64,000 nucleotides of DNA from Actinomycetales bacterium (GTDB lineage Bacteria > Actinomycetota > Actinomycetes > Nanopelagicales > Nanopelagicaceae). How positions within the stretch are numbered: the stretch's first letter is position 1; each line of letters opens with the position of its first letter. The notes under the pieces were generated by a model. The model made no database searches, had not been told where the DNA came from, and was given only the letters and a program-made list of their open reading frames with translations. Shown piece after piece: positions 50,171 to 62,329 of the stretch. The stretch spans positions 2,035 to 66,034 of the forward strand of contig JAGWVL010000001.1 of the NCBI GenBank assembly GCA_018970885.1, given 5' to 3'. Position numbers and translations under genes: made by a program.

Positions 50171-52090
50171 ATGGCAGATCCTCAAAGTTATCGGCCGAGC
50201 AACATCCCTGAACACCCTGGGGTATACCGCTTTTACAATAAACAGGACAAAGTAATTTACGTTGGAAAGGCAAAGAATCTCAAAAATCGTTTGAGTAACT
50301 ACTTTCAAGCAAATTTGGCGACCAAGACTCACCGTATGGTTCATGAAGCGGTTCGTGTCGATTGGACAATTGTCAGCACCGAGTTAGAAGCGCTAGCTTT
50401 AGAGTTTAGTTGGATTAAGCAGTATCAACCCAAATACAACGTGCAGTTCAAGGATGACAAATCTTATCCGTACTTAGCGCTTTCACTCAATGATGAATAT
50501 CCAATGATCTTCATTACTCGAAAAGATAAGCGTCCGGGTCTTAAGTACTTTGGTCCATACACAAATGCCTGGGCACTTCGAAATACCTTTGAAGTTTTAT
50601 TGAAGGTCTTTCCTGTCAGATCATGTTCCTCGGCAAATTTCACACGTGCCCAGCGGAGTAAGCGACAATGCTTGCTAGGAGATATCGGTAAGTGTGCCGC
50701 TCCTTGTGTTGATTGGATCTCGAAAGAGGATCATAAGAAGTTAGCTGAGCGCTTAAATGCGTTCATGGAGTCAGGCATGGAGAACATCCTGCCCAAACTG
50801 CATGAAGAGATGAATACAGCTGCTGCTAATGAGGAGTTTGAACGAGCTGCACGATTAAGAGATCAGATTGAATCCTTTGAGAAAGCGCAGAAATCTACTG
50901 AAGGAAACTTCTCTGATGATCTTGATGGAGATTTCATCGCTATCTATCACGATGGTTTTCATGCAGCTGGCTCTGTCTTTTCAATGCAACGTGGATCAGT
51001 AAAGGGCTCACGTTCATGGATTGTGGATCAAGAGCTGGTGCTTGAAGGTCAAGACGAGTTAACCGCTTTGCTGTACTCAATCTATGGAACAGGAGCGATT
51101 CCCGTCCCGCGCAATATATACATTAACGCTGATCCTGCGGATAAAGATCAGTTAGAACAGTGGTTGGGTGGTATTGGTTCTACAAAGGTCGAGATCAAAG
51201 TTCCTCAACGGGGCGAAAAGATTGAACTGTTAGATACTGTAAAACGAAACGCCCAGTACTCACTGATTCAATACCTGAGCAAGCGAGCAACAGATGCAGC
51301 GGTGAGCGGTAAGGCCTTAACTGAAATAGAGGAGCATCTCAGCCTTAGTCGCACACCACTTCGAATCGAGTGTTTTGATATCTCCAATATTTCGGGAACA
51401 TCAGTTGTTGCATCAATGGTGGTCTTTGAGGATGGAATGATTAAGAAGAGCGAGTACCGTCGTTTCATTATTGATACGAGCGAGGGGTTTGATGACACTC
51501 GTGCTATGCACCAGGTAATCACACGTCGCTTAAAACGATTATTGGATGATCGTAAAGAGAATGAGGCTGAGGTCGCAGAACTTGGTGGTAAGCCAAGCAA
51601 GTTCGCATATCCACCACAATTGATTGTTGTTGATGGAGGCCAACCACAGGTAAATGCTGCTCAACGCGCACTTGATGAGTTGGGAATTACCGACATCGCT
51701 CTGTGCGGATTAGCTAAGAGGTTAGAAGAGGTGTGGATACCAGGCTCAAGAGATCCATTGATCCTGCCCCGCAGTAGTGAAGGTTTGTATCTGCTTCAAC
51801 GAATTCGTGATGAGGCACACCGTTTTGCAATTACCTTCCACCGTTCACGTCGATCAAAGGTAATGCTTGAGTCGATTTTGGATGATATTCCACAACTTGG
51901 GGCTGCACGTAGGGCATCGCTGTTGGAGCGATTCGGTTCAGTTGCTGCTATTCGTAGAGCTAGCGTCGAAGAGATCGCAGCAACTCCAGGAATAGGCTCA
52001 AAGATCGCATCGATTATTGAGTCACGTTTATCTTCGATTTCAACACAAGCGATCGATACTGCAACTGGCGAAATAATGGATAGCAAGTAA
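50171..52090 (+). CDS. uvrC: Excinuclease ABC subunit C
   Basis: GIY-YIG (GVY...YVGKAK), ECFDIS, DGG, RDEAHRFA, HhH domain. Confidence 0.98.
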   Translation: MADPQSYRPSNIPEHPGVYRFYNKQDKVIYVGKAKNLKNRLSNYFQANLATKTHRMVHEAVRVDWTIVSTELEALALEFSWIKQYQPKYNVQFKDDKSYPYLALSLNDEYPMIFITRKDKRPGLKYFGPYTNAWALRNTFEVLLKVFPVRSCSSANFTRAQRSKRQCLLGDIGKCAAPCVDWISKEDHKKLAERLNAFMESGMENILPKLHEEMNTAAANEEFERAARLRDQIESFEKAQKSTEGNFSDDLDGDFIAIYHDGFHAAGSVFSMQRGSVKGSRSWIVDQELVLEGQDELTALLYSIYGTGAIPVPRNIYINADPADKDQLEQWLGGIGSTKVEIKVPQRGEKIELLDTVKRNAQYSLIQYLSKRATDAAVSGKALTEIEEHLSLSRTPLRIECFDISNISGTSVVASMVVFEDGMIKKSEYRRFIIDTSEGFDDTRAMHQVITRRLKRLLDDRKENEAEVAELGGKPSKFAYPPQLIVVDGGQPQVNAAQRALDELGITDIALCGLAKRLEEVWIPGSRDPLILPRSSEGLYLLQRIRDEAHRFAITFHRSRRSKVMLESILDDIPQLGAARRASLLERFGSVAAIRRASVEEIAATPGIGSKIASIIESRLSSISTQAIDTATGEIMDSK

Positions 52091-53070
52091 TGGAAGACGA
52101 TTTTTTTAACTTTCCAGCAGAAGATCAACAGAAATCATTAGCATCATTTGCCGCTGAAATGCTGAAAAGTTATGGTCTCAATGATGCGAAAGTTTCGTGT
52201 ATCAACTTTGAATTCAATGCAACCTTTGCCGTCGAAAGTGATTCTGGGATCAAGTACGCGCTACGAATCAATATCAACTCAACTCGCACCTTGGAAAACA
52301 TGCAAGCGGAGGTACAATGGGTTCGCTTTCTGAACCGCACCTCGGGTATTAGGACACCAACACCAATTGCTACTCTGAAAGATCAATACATAGTTTCGGG
52401 TCTACATACAGATTCAGGGCGAATTCTCTACGGAGTTATGTACTCATGGTTAGAAGGCACGGAGATTGGTGATGAGCCAACCATGGAGCAGCTCCACGAA
52501 GTTGGAAGAGCAATCGCTCGATTGCATCAAGAATCAAGTGATTTTGTATTATCGGAAGGCAATGCGCTTCCAACATTTAATGACTTTTTCTGGGGTACCA
52601 AAGACTTACTCTTCTCTGAAAAATCTGCATTGTCAGAAAAGGATCGCAGCTTAATTGAGCAAGCTCGTGATTTGATTATGAAATTTACCGAAGAGTTGTA
52701 CCAAAATTCTCCGGTTCACATCATTCACGCTGATTTCCATGGTTGGAATTTGATGTGGCACGAGGATCAACTATCGATTTTTGATTTTGATGATTGTGGC
52801 TTTGGAGTCGAGGCACAGGATTTAGCGGTTGCGTTGTACTACTTGGATACACCTGAGCAAGATGCTGCATTGTTGAATGGCTACAAGAGCGTAAAACCAT
52901 TACCTATTTACTCAGAGCTGGCGATGAAGGCCTTGCTATTACAGCGCCGTTTGCTGCTGCTGAACTACCTCTTTGAAACCAAGAATCAGGAGCACAAGGA
53001 GATGTTGCCCTCTTACCTGGAAAAGAGTCTTGAGCGTGTTTTAACATTCTTGACAGATGTAAGAGGATAG
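52090..53070 (+). CDS. APH / type II homoserine kinase-like phosphotransferase
   Basis: YALR, catalytic HADFHGWN, DFDDC, DLA motifs. Confidence 0.88.
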   Translation: MEDDFFNFPAEDQQKSLASFAAEMLKSYGLNDAKVSCINFEFNATFAVESDSGIKYALRININSTRTLENMQAEVQWVRFLNRTSGIRTPTPIATLKDQYIVSGLHTDSGRILYGVMYSWLEGTEIGDEPTMEQLHEVGRAIARLHQESSDFVLSEGNALPTFNDFFWGTKDLLFSEKSALSEKDRSLIEQARDLIMKFTEELYQNSPVHIIHADFHGWNLMWHEDQLSIFDFDDCGFGVEAQDLAVALYYLDTPEQDAALLNGYKSVKPLPIYSELAMKALLLQRRLLLLNYLFETKNQEHKEMLPSYLEKSLERVLTFLTDVRG

Positions 53071-53074
53071 GCAA

Positions 53075-53938
53075 ATGAAGAAGGAAGAGACCCTCATACT
53101 CACCGGAATGTCTGGTGCAGGCCGTTCGACGGTAGCGCACGCGCTCGAGGATTTGGGTTGGTACGTTGTAGATAACCTTCCACCTTCATTGCTTCCTGCA
53201 TTAGTGAGCAAAGGAACTGGACCGCAAGGTAAAGAGTTGGCAGTTGTTGTCGATGTTCGCGGAGGAGAGTTCTTTGATGAATTAACCCATGCGATGGATG
53301 AATTAAAAAAGAGTAACTCTGATTACCGTTTAGTTTTTCTTGATGCAACAGACCAGGCTCTAGTACAACGCTTTGAGTCAACTCGTAGACCGCATCCTCT
53401 ACAAGCAAAGGATCGAATTGTTGATGGCATCGCTCGAGAGCGTGAAAAGTTAGAGCTCATTCGCTCTCAATCAGATGTTGTAATCGATACCTCTAACCTC
53501 AATGTTCATCAATTGGAAAAGCGAATTGGTGAAATATTTGGATCAGGCAAACTTCAGGGAATTCGAGTCAATGTTCTATCATTTGGTTACAAGTACGGAA
53601 TCCCAGTCGATTCTGATTTGGTTTTAGATTGCAGATTTATTCCTAATCCACATTGGATCCCAGAACTTCGACCGCTGACAGGTTTAACTCCACAAGTTAG
53701 TGACATGGTATTAGGCAGTGACGGTGTACAAGAGTTTGTCCATAGTTATGTAGGATTAGTAAATTCCATGATGTCCGGATACATGCGTGAAGGAAAGAAG
53801 TATGTGACGATCGCAGTAGGTTGCACAGGAGGAAAACATCGAAGCGTTGCCATTACCGAAGAGATAGCGCGACAATTAAACCTCGTGAACTCTGAGGTTT
53901 CAGCCCATCCCACACATCGCGATGTAGGTCGTGAGTAG
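53075..53938 (+). CDS. rapZ: RapZ/YvcJ-family P-loop protein
   Basis: TGMSGAGRS, VDNLP, RRPHPL, SFGYKYG, GCTGGKHRSV. Confidence 0.97.
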   Translation: MKKEETLILTGMSGAGRSTVAHALEDLGWYVVDNLPPSLLPALVSKGTGPQGKELAVVVDVRGGEFFDELTHAMDELKKSNSDYRLVFLDATDQALVQRFESTRRPHPLQAKDRIVDGIAREREKLELIRSQSDVVIDTSNLNVHQLEKRIGEIFGSGKLQGIRVNVLSFGYKYGIPVDSDLVLDCRFIPNPHWIPELRPLTGLTPQVSDMVLGSDGVQEFVHSYVGLVNSMMSGYMREGKKYVTIAVGCTGGKHRSVAITEEIARQLNLVNSEVSAHPTHRDVGRE

Positions 53939-53940
53939 TT

Positions 53941-54873
53941 TTGACTAAGGTTGTTGCACTCGGTGGTGGACATGGACTCGCCGCCACATTAACTGCGCTA
54001 CGCCAAATCACCAATCAACTAACGGCGATAGTGACCGTTGCTGACAATGGTGGTTCTAGTGGACGTTTACGCGAAGAGTTCCCAATTTTTCCACCAGGTG
54101 ATTTGCGAATGGCTTTAACTGCATTGTGTGCAGATGATGAATGGGGGCGTACCTGGGCAGAGATCATGCAACATCGCTTTGTGAGCGAAGGCGATCTCAA
54201 TGGCCATGCGATGGGAAATCTTTTGCTCGCATCAATGTGGAATGCAGGAGATGATCCAGTTGTAGCCCTTGATCGCGTTGGCCAGTTACTAAAAGTTATT
54301 GGTCGAGTGCTTCCTATGGCATCTGTTGCGTTAGACATTGAAGGAACATTTAATACCTCAACTGGAAGAATCGTAGTTCGCGGACAAAAAGAGGTAGCAA
54401 CAGCTAAGGGACATATCCAATCACTACGAATTATTCCGGAAGATCCACCCGCTCGACCTGAAGCGTTAGCTGCTATCTCCGAGGCAGAATGGATCACGAT
54501 GGGTCCGGGCTCGTGGTTTTCAAGTGTGATTCCGCATTTGCTTGTTCCTGCTCAACTGCAGGCGTTGCAGAGTTCTGCGGCACGTAAGATTTTAATTCTC
54601 AATCTTGATGCATCGACCCAGTCGCAGGGAGAAGAGTTTGCCGGATCTACCCCAGAAGAACACCTCGAGTTTTTCCATCGATACGCCCCCAGTGTCACCG
54701 TGGATTACTGCCTTGTGGACCAATCTGTGGTGCGAGATCAAGAGGCCTTGGAGATAGCGGCATCAACCTTGGGTGGAGAGATTGTTGTCGCAGATATACG
54801 AAAAGCACCCGGAAGTATCCATCATGATGCCCAAAAATTAGCTTTACATTTGGGCCACATTCTGGCTCGGTAA
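53941..54873 (+). CDS. yvcK: YvcK/CuvA (GlmR) family protein
   Basis: [32 protein letters not shown]. Confidence 0.95.
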   Translation: MTKVVALGGGHGLAATLTALRQITNQLTAIVTVADNGGSSGRLREEFPIFPPGDLRMALTALCADDEWGRTWAEIMQHRFVSEGDLNGHAMGNLLLASMWNAGDDPVVALDRVGQLLKVIGRVLPMASVALDIEGTFNTSTGRIVVRGQKEVATAKGHIQSLRIIPEDPPARPEALAAISEAEWITMGPGSWFSSVIPHLLVPAQLQALQSSAARKILILNLDASTQSQGEEFAGSTPEEHLEFFHRYAPSVTVDYCLVDQSVVRDQEALEIAASTLGGEIVVADIRKAPGSIHHDAQKLALHLGHILAR

Positions 54874-54889
54874 ATGGTTGGATTACCCC

Positions 54890-55867
54890 ATGGCAATGAC
54901 AGCATCAGTAAAAGACGAGCTATCGCGTTTATCAATCACCAAACCATGTTGTCGCAAAGCCGAGGTTTCTGCACTACTTCGTTTCGCCGGTGGTCTTCAC
55001 ATTGCAGCGGGAAAGATTGTGATTGAGGTAGAGCTAGATACCTCGCAGAGTGCACGCAGACTTCGTAAAGACATTGCAGATATTTACGGACATGACTCTG
55101 ATCTTGCAGTTCTCTCATCAAGTGGTTTGCGTAAAGGTTCACGGTATGTAGTTCGCGTTATTAATGAGGGTGATGCACTTGCCCGCCAAACAGGATTAGT
55201 AGATTCCAATGGGCGACCAGTTCGCGGACTTCCACCACAAGTCGTTTCAGCTGCGATCTGTGATTCTGAAGCTGCATGGCGTGGCGCGTTCATTGCTCAC
55301 GGTTCATTAACTGAGCCAGGCCGCTCATCTTCACTAGAAATTACCTGCCCAGGTCCAGAGGCCGCCTTAGCACTTGTTGGTGCTGCACGACGTTTAGGAA
55401 TCGTTGCAAAGGCTCGTGAAGTTCGCGGAGTTGATCGTGTAGTCATCCGCGATGGCGATGCGATCGGAGTTTTGCTAACTCGACTTGGGGCTCATGAAAG
55501 TGTGTTGGCATGGGAGGAGCGTCGAATGCGTCGCGAGGTGCGAGCAACGGCAAACCGTCTAGCAAACTTTGATGATGCAAATCTACGTCGATCTGCTCGT
55601 GCAGCAGTAGCCGCAGCCGCACGTGTTCAGCGCGCTATGGAGATCTTGGGTCCAACAATTCCAGATCACCTCAAAGAGGCTGGGGAGTTACGCATTAATC
55701 ATGGACAGGCTTCGTTGGAAGAGCTTGGCTCACTAGCGGTCCCACCGATGACAAAGGATGCGATCGCAGGTCGAATCCGACGGTTGCTGGCTATGGCAGA
55801 CAAACGTGCTGCAGAGCTTGGTATTCCCGATACGGAGAGCGGTCTCTCGCCCGATTTGCTCAATTAA
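54890..55867 (+). CDS. whiA: DNA-binding protein WhiA
   Basis: [43 protein letters not shown]. Confidence 0.98.
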   Translation: MAMTASVKDELSRLSITKPCCRKAEVSALLRFAGGLHIAAGKIVIEVELDTSQSARRLRKDIADIYGHDSDLAVLSSSGLRKGSRYVVRVINEGDALARQTGLVDSNGRPVRGLPPQVVSAAICDSEAAWRGAFIAHGSLTEPGRSSSLEITCPGPEAALALVGAARRLGIVAKAREVRGVDRVVIRDGDAIGVLLTRLGAHESVLAWEERRMRREVRATANRLANFDDANLRRSARAAVAAAARVQRAMEILGPTIPDHLKEAGELRINHGQASLEELGSLAVPPMTKDAIAGRIRRLLAMADKRAAELGIPDTESGLSPDLLN

Positions 55868-55901
55868 AGGCCTGCTACGCAAGAGTTCACACATTCTTCA
55901 C

Positions 55902-57022
<1,121 letters not shown>

Positions 57023-57023
<1 letters not shown>

Positions 57024-58213
57024 TGGCAGATCTTTCAACAATTAATGTAGCTGGAAAGCGTGTCTTTCTGCGTTGCGACCTCAATGTCCCTTTGAAAGAG
57101 GGAGTTATTAAGGATGACGGACGTATCAAAGCCTCGCTTCCTACTATTCAATCCTTGATTGAAAAGGGCGCATCTCTTGTAATTGCTGCACACCTTGGTC
57201 GCCCTAAGGGTGAAGCTAAGCCTGAACTTTCTTTAGCACCTGTAGCAAATCGATTAGCTGAGCTGCTGGGGCGCGAGGTTAAGTTCACCGGTGAGGTGAC
57301 AGGAGCTGCTGTAACTGCGGCAGCGCAATCACTTCGGGCTGGAGAGATTTTGCTTCTTGAAAATATTCGTTTCAACCAGGCAGAGACAAGTAAGGAAGAG
57401 TCTGAGCGTGCAGCTTTTGCTGCTGAACTAGCAAAACTTGCTGATGTCTATATTGGTGATGGTTTTGGCGCGGTTCACCGTAAACATGCATCGGTTTTTG
57501 ATCTACCTAAGTTACTTCCACACGCAGCAGGAAAATTAGTTGCAGCAGAGGTTGAAGTTTTGAAGAAGCTCACTCAAAATCCAGAGCGCCCATACGGTGT
57601 CATTCTTGGTGGCGCAAAGGTTTCAGACAAACTTGGTGTGATTGAAAACCTGCTAGATAAGGTAGATGTTTTAGCAATTGGCGGGGGAATGGTCTTTACA
57701 TTCTTTAAGGCACAAGGCAAAGGTATCGGAACCTCACTTGTCGAAGTGGAAATGTTAGATGTTGTTAAGGGTTTAATCACCACAGCGCAAAAGAATGGCG
57801 TCCAGCTGCTTCTCCCAACTGACATTGTGGTAGCCCCTACATTTTCTGCAGATGCAACCCCAACACTTGTGGCAGCCGATGCAATCCCTGCTGATCAAAT
57901 GGGTCTTGATATCGGACCTGTTTCAGCAGCAGCCTTTGCAACAGAGATTAAGAAGTGCAAGACATTATTTTGGAACGGCCCAATGGGTGTTTTTGAATTT
58001 CCTAACTTTGCCGCCGGCACCAAGGTGGTTGCGCAGGCGCTTACCGAAGTATCTGGAATATCCGTTGTTGGTGGGGGAGACTCTGCTGCAGCGGTACGCG
58101 CATTAGGTTTTGCAGACTCACAGTTCGGGTACATTTCTACCGGCGGTGGTGCTTCATTGGAATACCTAGAGGGCAAGGAACTTCCTGGCCTTCAAGCACT
58201 TGAATTAATTTAA
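57023..58213 (+). CDS. pgk: Phosphoglycerate kinase
   Basis: [37 protein letters not shown]. Confidence 0.99.
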
Positions 58214-58235
58214 GAGGCCGGACAGAGGAGCAACG

Positions 58236-59012
58236 ATGCGTAAACCATTAATGGCAGGAAACTGGAAGATGAATCTCAATCACCTTGAGGCGATTGCAGT
58301 TGCTCAGAAGTTGGTTTACGGTCTCGATGACAAGGATTATGACGCTGTTGATGTAGCGGTGATTCCACCATTTACCGATATTCGTTCAATTCAAACCTTG
58401 GTCGATGGAGATCGCTTACGCCTTCAATATGGCGCGCAGGATCTTTCACCTGAAACTGGCGGAGCATTCACTGGAGACATTTCGGGGTCAATGCTTGCCA
58501 AACTCGGTTGCACCTATGTTGTTATTGGCCACTCAGAGCGCAGGGCGATTCACGGTGAATCAGATGCACTGATTAATCGAAAGATTAGGGCGGCACTTGC
58601 TAATGAAATCACACCGATTTTTTGTGTAGGGGAGGAGTTAGCTATTCGCGAAGCTGGAACGCATGTAAGCCATGTCATCCGCCAGATTCGTGCAGGAGTT
58701 GAGGGATTTACAAAGCCAGAGCTAAAGAAAATTGTTATCGCCTACGAACCAGTGTGGGCAATCGGAACTGGAAAGACAGCGACACCGGAGGATGCTCAAG
58801 AGGTATGCGCTGCGATCCGTGAAGAGATTGAGAACATCGGCTCTCCAGAGATTGCATCTAATATGCGCATCTTGTATGGCGGTTCAGTGAAGTCCTCCAA
58901 CATTGTTGACATCATGAAGAAGCCCGATGTTGATGGCGCCCTGATCGGCGGAGCGAGCCTAGATCCTGAGGAATTGGCCAAGATCGTTAAATTTCACGCG
59001 GTGACAGAGTAA
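58236..59012 (+). CDS. tpiA: Triosephosphate isomerase
   Basis: [29 protein letters not shown]. Confidence 0.99.
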   Translation: MRKPLMAGNWKMNLNHLEAIAVAQKLVYGLDDKDYDAVDVAVIPPFTDIRSIQTLVDGDRLRLQYGAQDLSPETGGAFTGDISGSMLAKLGCTYVVIGHSERRAIHGESDALINRKIRAALANEITPIFCVGEELAIREAGTHVSHVIRQIRAGVEGFTKPELKKIVIAYEPVWAIGTGKTATPEDAQEVCAAIREEIENIGSPEIASNMRILYGGSVKSSNIVDIMKKPDVDGALIGGASLDPEELAKIVKFHAVTE

Positions 59013-59069
59013 GCATCACCCCCTTCAGGCGGGTATCCTTATCCTCTACGAACTAGGAGTTAAAGAAAA

Positions 59070-59297
59070 GTGAAGCTAGCTCTCTCAATTGCACTCGTTA
59101 TTACCAGCATCTTGATGATCCTTTTGGTTCTTCTCCACAAGGGCAAGGGAAGCGGCCTATCCGATCTATTTGGTGGCGGTATCTCATCTAACTATGGCGG
59201 ATCATCTGTTGTAGAGCGCAATCTTGATCGCATCACAATCGTTGCTGGTGGATTGTGGTTCGCCCTCGTTGTAGCGCTTTCACTTGTACTTAAGTAG
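59070..59297 (+). CDS. secG: Preprotein translocase subunit SecG
   Basis: Two TMs, LLHKGKGSGLSDLFGGG, ERNLDRIT. Confidence 0.96.
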   Translation: MKLALSIALVITSILMILLVLLHKGKGSGLSDLFGGGISSNYGGSSVVERNLDRITIVAGGLWFALVVALSLVLK

Positions 59298-59366
59298 TAA
59301 GTTCTACAACATAAGGCATTAAAAAAATTCGTTAATTACTTTATTAGATAAATCAAGGGGATACAC

Positions 59367-59708
59367 ATGGCAAGTGCAATTCGCGGAAGTCGTGTCGGCG
59401 CAGGCCCAATGGGTGAGGCAGAGCGTGGCGATTCAATCGCTCGCGCGTATGTTTCATATTTTTGCGCAAATGGTCATGAAGTTCGTCCATCATTTGCAGT
59501 AGAAGAGACAGTTGTTATTCCCGCTGAGTGGGATTGTCCAAAGTGTGGTTATCCAGCAGGTCGGGATCGCAACAATCCACCTAGTCCAGAGGTAAATGTG
59601 CCTTACAAGACCCACCTTGCCTATGTAAAGGAGCGTCGCACAGATGCCGAGGGCGAAAAACTTCTAGAAGAGGCTTTACGCAAACTTCGCGGAGATGATG
59701 AAGAGTAA
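59367..59708 (+). CDS. rbpA: RNA polymerase-binding protein RbpA
   Basis: IRGSRVG, CANGH...WDCPKC, KTH...ERR...LLEEAL. Confidence 0.95.
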   Translation: MASAIRGSRVGAGPMGEAERGDSIARAYVSYFCANGHEVRPSFAVEETVVIPAEWDCPKCGYPAGRDRNNPPSPEVNVPYKTHLAYVKERRTDAEGEKLLEEALRKLRGDDEE

Positions 59709-59711
59709 ATC

Positions 59712-61247
59712 TCAAAGAGATTTAGCTGCATCTAGTAATTCAGAGATACCCATTGCGCGATTCGAAAGATTGAATCGAAGCAGTGGGTATTTTCTTGAGG
59801 CAAGTGCTTTCCCATCACCTAAAGCTTGCGCTGCAACTAAAGTTGCAAAACCATAGCTCTGTCCGGGAATTGAAATGTCTTTCTTTACCTCACCAGTAAT
59901 CTGTAAGAAGACACCATTTTGCTGTCCACCCTTATGAAACTGGCCAGTTGAGTGTAAGAAACGTGGACCCCAACCAAAGGTAACTGGTCGGCCAGATTTA
60001 TCAGCAAGAATTGCACGAAGCTCTGCAACTTCAGCATCATCCTTGCGATCAAGGTAGGCCATGATCGCAATGTAACCATCCTCAGGTACCTGCGAAATCA
60101 AATGAGAAAGCGCATCAGTTACATTTTTCCCAGCACCAAAAATCTCAACCGCACCATCTTTAAGATTAGGGGTAAATGTAGGGGTAATACCCTTCCACTC
60201 ATTAAGAAGCGCTGATGTTTGCTCCTTTGCTTCAGTGACATTTGGTTGATTAAAGGGATCTATTGCAAGGGCTGCACCAATCAGGGCTGTAACCCACTCC
60301 CACACAATAAATTGCGATCCTAAATCACCGTCGACAACTAAATCGGCATTGCCAGTAAATGCGATGGTAAATGCATCACCTTCACGACCATTGTGTGAAG
60401 TTTCTGCGACAACTGGCAGGCGTCCAACCTGGTTCTTGCCGGTTGATTCGGCAACTAACTGCTCGATCCAGTCGCTCAGACCAGGCATGCCAGAGCCCTC
60501 ATCAGTGTATGCAAGATATTGATCAGCGACATAAGACAACAGATAGGCGATATCGCACACCTGTTGCGAGTCAACAAAAAATGCTTTCTTAGTATCACTT
60601 GCATTGTCTAGCAAGACCGATACATCTACTCCGATTAATGCAGCTGGGACCAATCCAAAAGGACTCAATACACTAAATCGTCCTCCTACATGTGGATCAG
60701 CGTTAACAACAGTAAAGCCACCTTCACGAACCTGCTTGTCTAAAGGTGAGCCGGGATCGGTTACAAAAACCATGTGATCAATGGGATTTAATCCTGCATC
60801 CTTAAATGCACCTTCAAAGAGGGCGCGTTGAGATGCGGTTTCAATTGTTGAACCAGATTTTGAACTCACAACTACTACGCTTTTTGCAAGATCGAACGCC
60901 AGCGCATGGGCGACATAATCAGGATCGGTTGAATCTAAAACGAACAAACTCTTAGAAAATGTTTTGGCAATAACTTCAGGTCCAAGTGATGAACCACCCA
61001 TGCCACACAAAATCACATGGCTTTTGTTTCGGTGTTTTGCGGCAAGTGCATCAAATTGAGGAAGCAGATCACGTGAGCTTTCAGGAAGATCAATCCAGTT
61101 CATTCGGATTGAAGCCTCTGCTTGTGCCTGTAGACCCCAGATAGTGGAATCTTTGCTCTTTAAACGCTCATGAAAAGTCTGCAGCTCTTTGTACTTTTCT
61201 GAGGAGCGATCGACCTTTGAGACAGCATTGCCCGTAATGGAAATCAT
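59712..61247 (-). CDS. pgi: Glucose-6-phosphate isomerase
   Basis: GMGGSSLG, SSKSGSTIET, VGGRFS, QLVAESTGK, PFNQPNV. Confidence 0.95.
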   Translation of the reverse strand: MISITGNAVSKVDRSSEKYKELQTFHERLKSKDSTIWGLQAQAEASIRMNWIDLPESSRDLLPQFDALAAKHRNKSHVILCGMGGSSLGPEVIAKTFSKSLFVLDSTDPDYVAHALAFDLAKSVVVVSSKSGSTIETASQRALFEGAFKDAGLNPIDHMVFVTDPGSPLDKQVREGGFTVVNADPHVGGRFSVLSPFGLVPAALIGVDVSVLLDNASDTKKAFFVDSQQVCDIAYLLSYVADQYLAYTDEGSGMPGLSDWIEQLVAESTGKNQVGRLPVVAETSHNGREGDAFTIAFTGNADLVVDGDLGSQFIVWEWVTALIGAALAIDPFNQPNVTEAKEQTSALLNEWKGITPTFTPNLKDGAVEIFGAGKNVTDALSHLISQVPEDGYIAIMAYLDRKDDAEVAELRAILADKSGRPVTFGWGPRFLHSTGQFHKGGQQNGVFLQITGEVKKDISIPGQSYGFATLVAAQALGDGKALASRKYPLLRFNLSNRAMGISELLDAAKSL

Positions 61248-62329
61248 CCTTGTTGCGCAACCTTTACATTCTCAAGTAGTTCATCCCATGCTTGGGCAAA
61301 TTTTTTGACTCCATCGATTTCTAACTCAGTTGTTACATCATCTAGTGAAATACCTAAAGCAGATAATGCCTTCAAAATTTCTACGGCAGCTGCATAATTG
61401 CCAGTAATCGTGTTGCCACGAACAACGCCATGATCAATCAAGGCATCAAGAGTAGATTGCGGCATTGTGTTGACGGTGTCAGGTGCGATTAGCTCAACAA
61501 CATAGCGGGTGTCTTCATAAGCAGGATCCTTAACACCTGTTGAAGCCCACAAGGGGCGCTGTTTATGGGCACCTCTACTTGCAAGTGCCTTCCAACGATC
61601 TGAAGCAAACTTTTCCGCGAACAGTTGGTAGGCAAGATGAGCATTTGCAATAGCTGCTTTGCCCAGAAGGGCGGCAGCCTCAGGTGATGCATTTTTCTTC
61701 AAAAGTGCATCGATAGATGAATCAATTCTGCTTATAAAAAAGGATGCAACTGAATGTACCTGTGTTGGATCCTCGCACTGTTCAATACCCTTCATGTACG
61801 CCTCAATAACCTGGCCGTATCTCTTTACGGAGAAAATTAAGGTGACATTGACGCTAATTCCTGCAGCTATTAACGCGGTGATCGCAGGTAACCCCTCTAC
61901 CGTTGCTGGAACTTTAATCATCACATTAGGACGACCAATAATCGACCACAGTTCTTTTCCGGCTGCGATAGTTCCTTGAGTGTCATGAGCTAAGCGGGGA
62001 TCGACCTCAATGCTCACCCTTCCATCAACACCATGTGTTGTTTGATAGAGAGAGGTAAATAGATCACAGGCCTGGCGAACATCATCGGTAGTGAGCTTTT
62101 TAACAACCTCATCAACCGGTGCACTCTTCATCGCAGCAATGTCAGCTGCATATTCAGCAGCCCCGCTAATAGCCGCGCTGAAAATACTTGGATTTGTCGT
62201 TACTCCAACAACACCACTGTTTTTAATGCGTGCAGGTAGTGCGTGAGCCTGGTCTGATGTGATCTTGGCGCGGGATAAATCATCGAGCCAAATCGAGGTA
62301 CCAGCAGCAGAAACCATCTGAACCGACAT
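61244..62329 (-). CDS. tal: Transaldolase
   Basis: WLDDLSR, GVTTNPSIF, MIKVPAT, NVTLIFS, PLWASTG. Confidence 0.98.
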   Translation of the reverse strand: MSVQMVSAAGTSIWLDDLSRAKITSDQAHALPARIKNSGVVGVTTNPSIFSAAISGAAEYAADIAAMKSAPVDEVVKKLTTDDVRQACDLFTSLYQTTHGVDGRVSIEVDPRLAHDTQGTIAAGKELWSIIGRPNVMIKVPATVEGLPAITALIAAGISVNVTLIFSVKRYGQVIEAYMKGIEQCEDPTQVHSVASFFISRIDSSIDALLKKNASPEAAALLGKAAIANAHLAYQLFAEKFASDRWKALASRGAHKQRPLWASTGVKDPAYEDTRYVVELIAPDTVNTMPQSTLDALIDHGVVRGNTITGNYAAAVEILKALSALGISLDDVTTELEIDGVKKFAQAWDELLENVKVAQQG

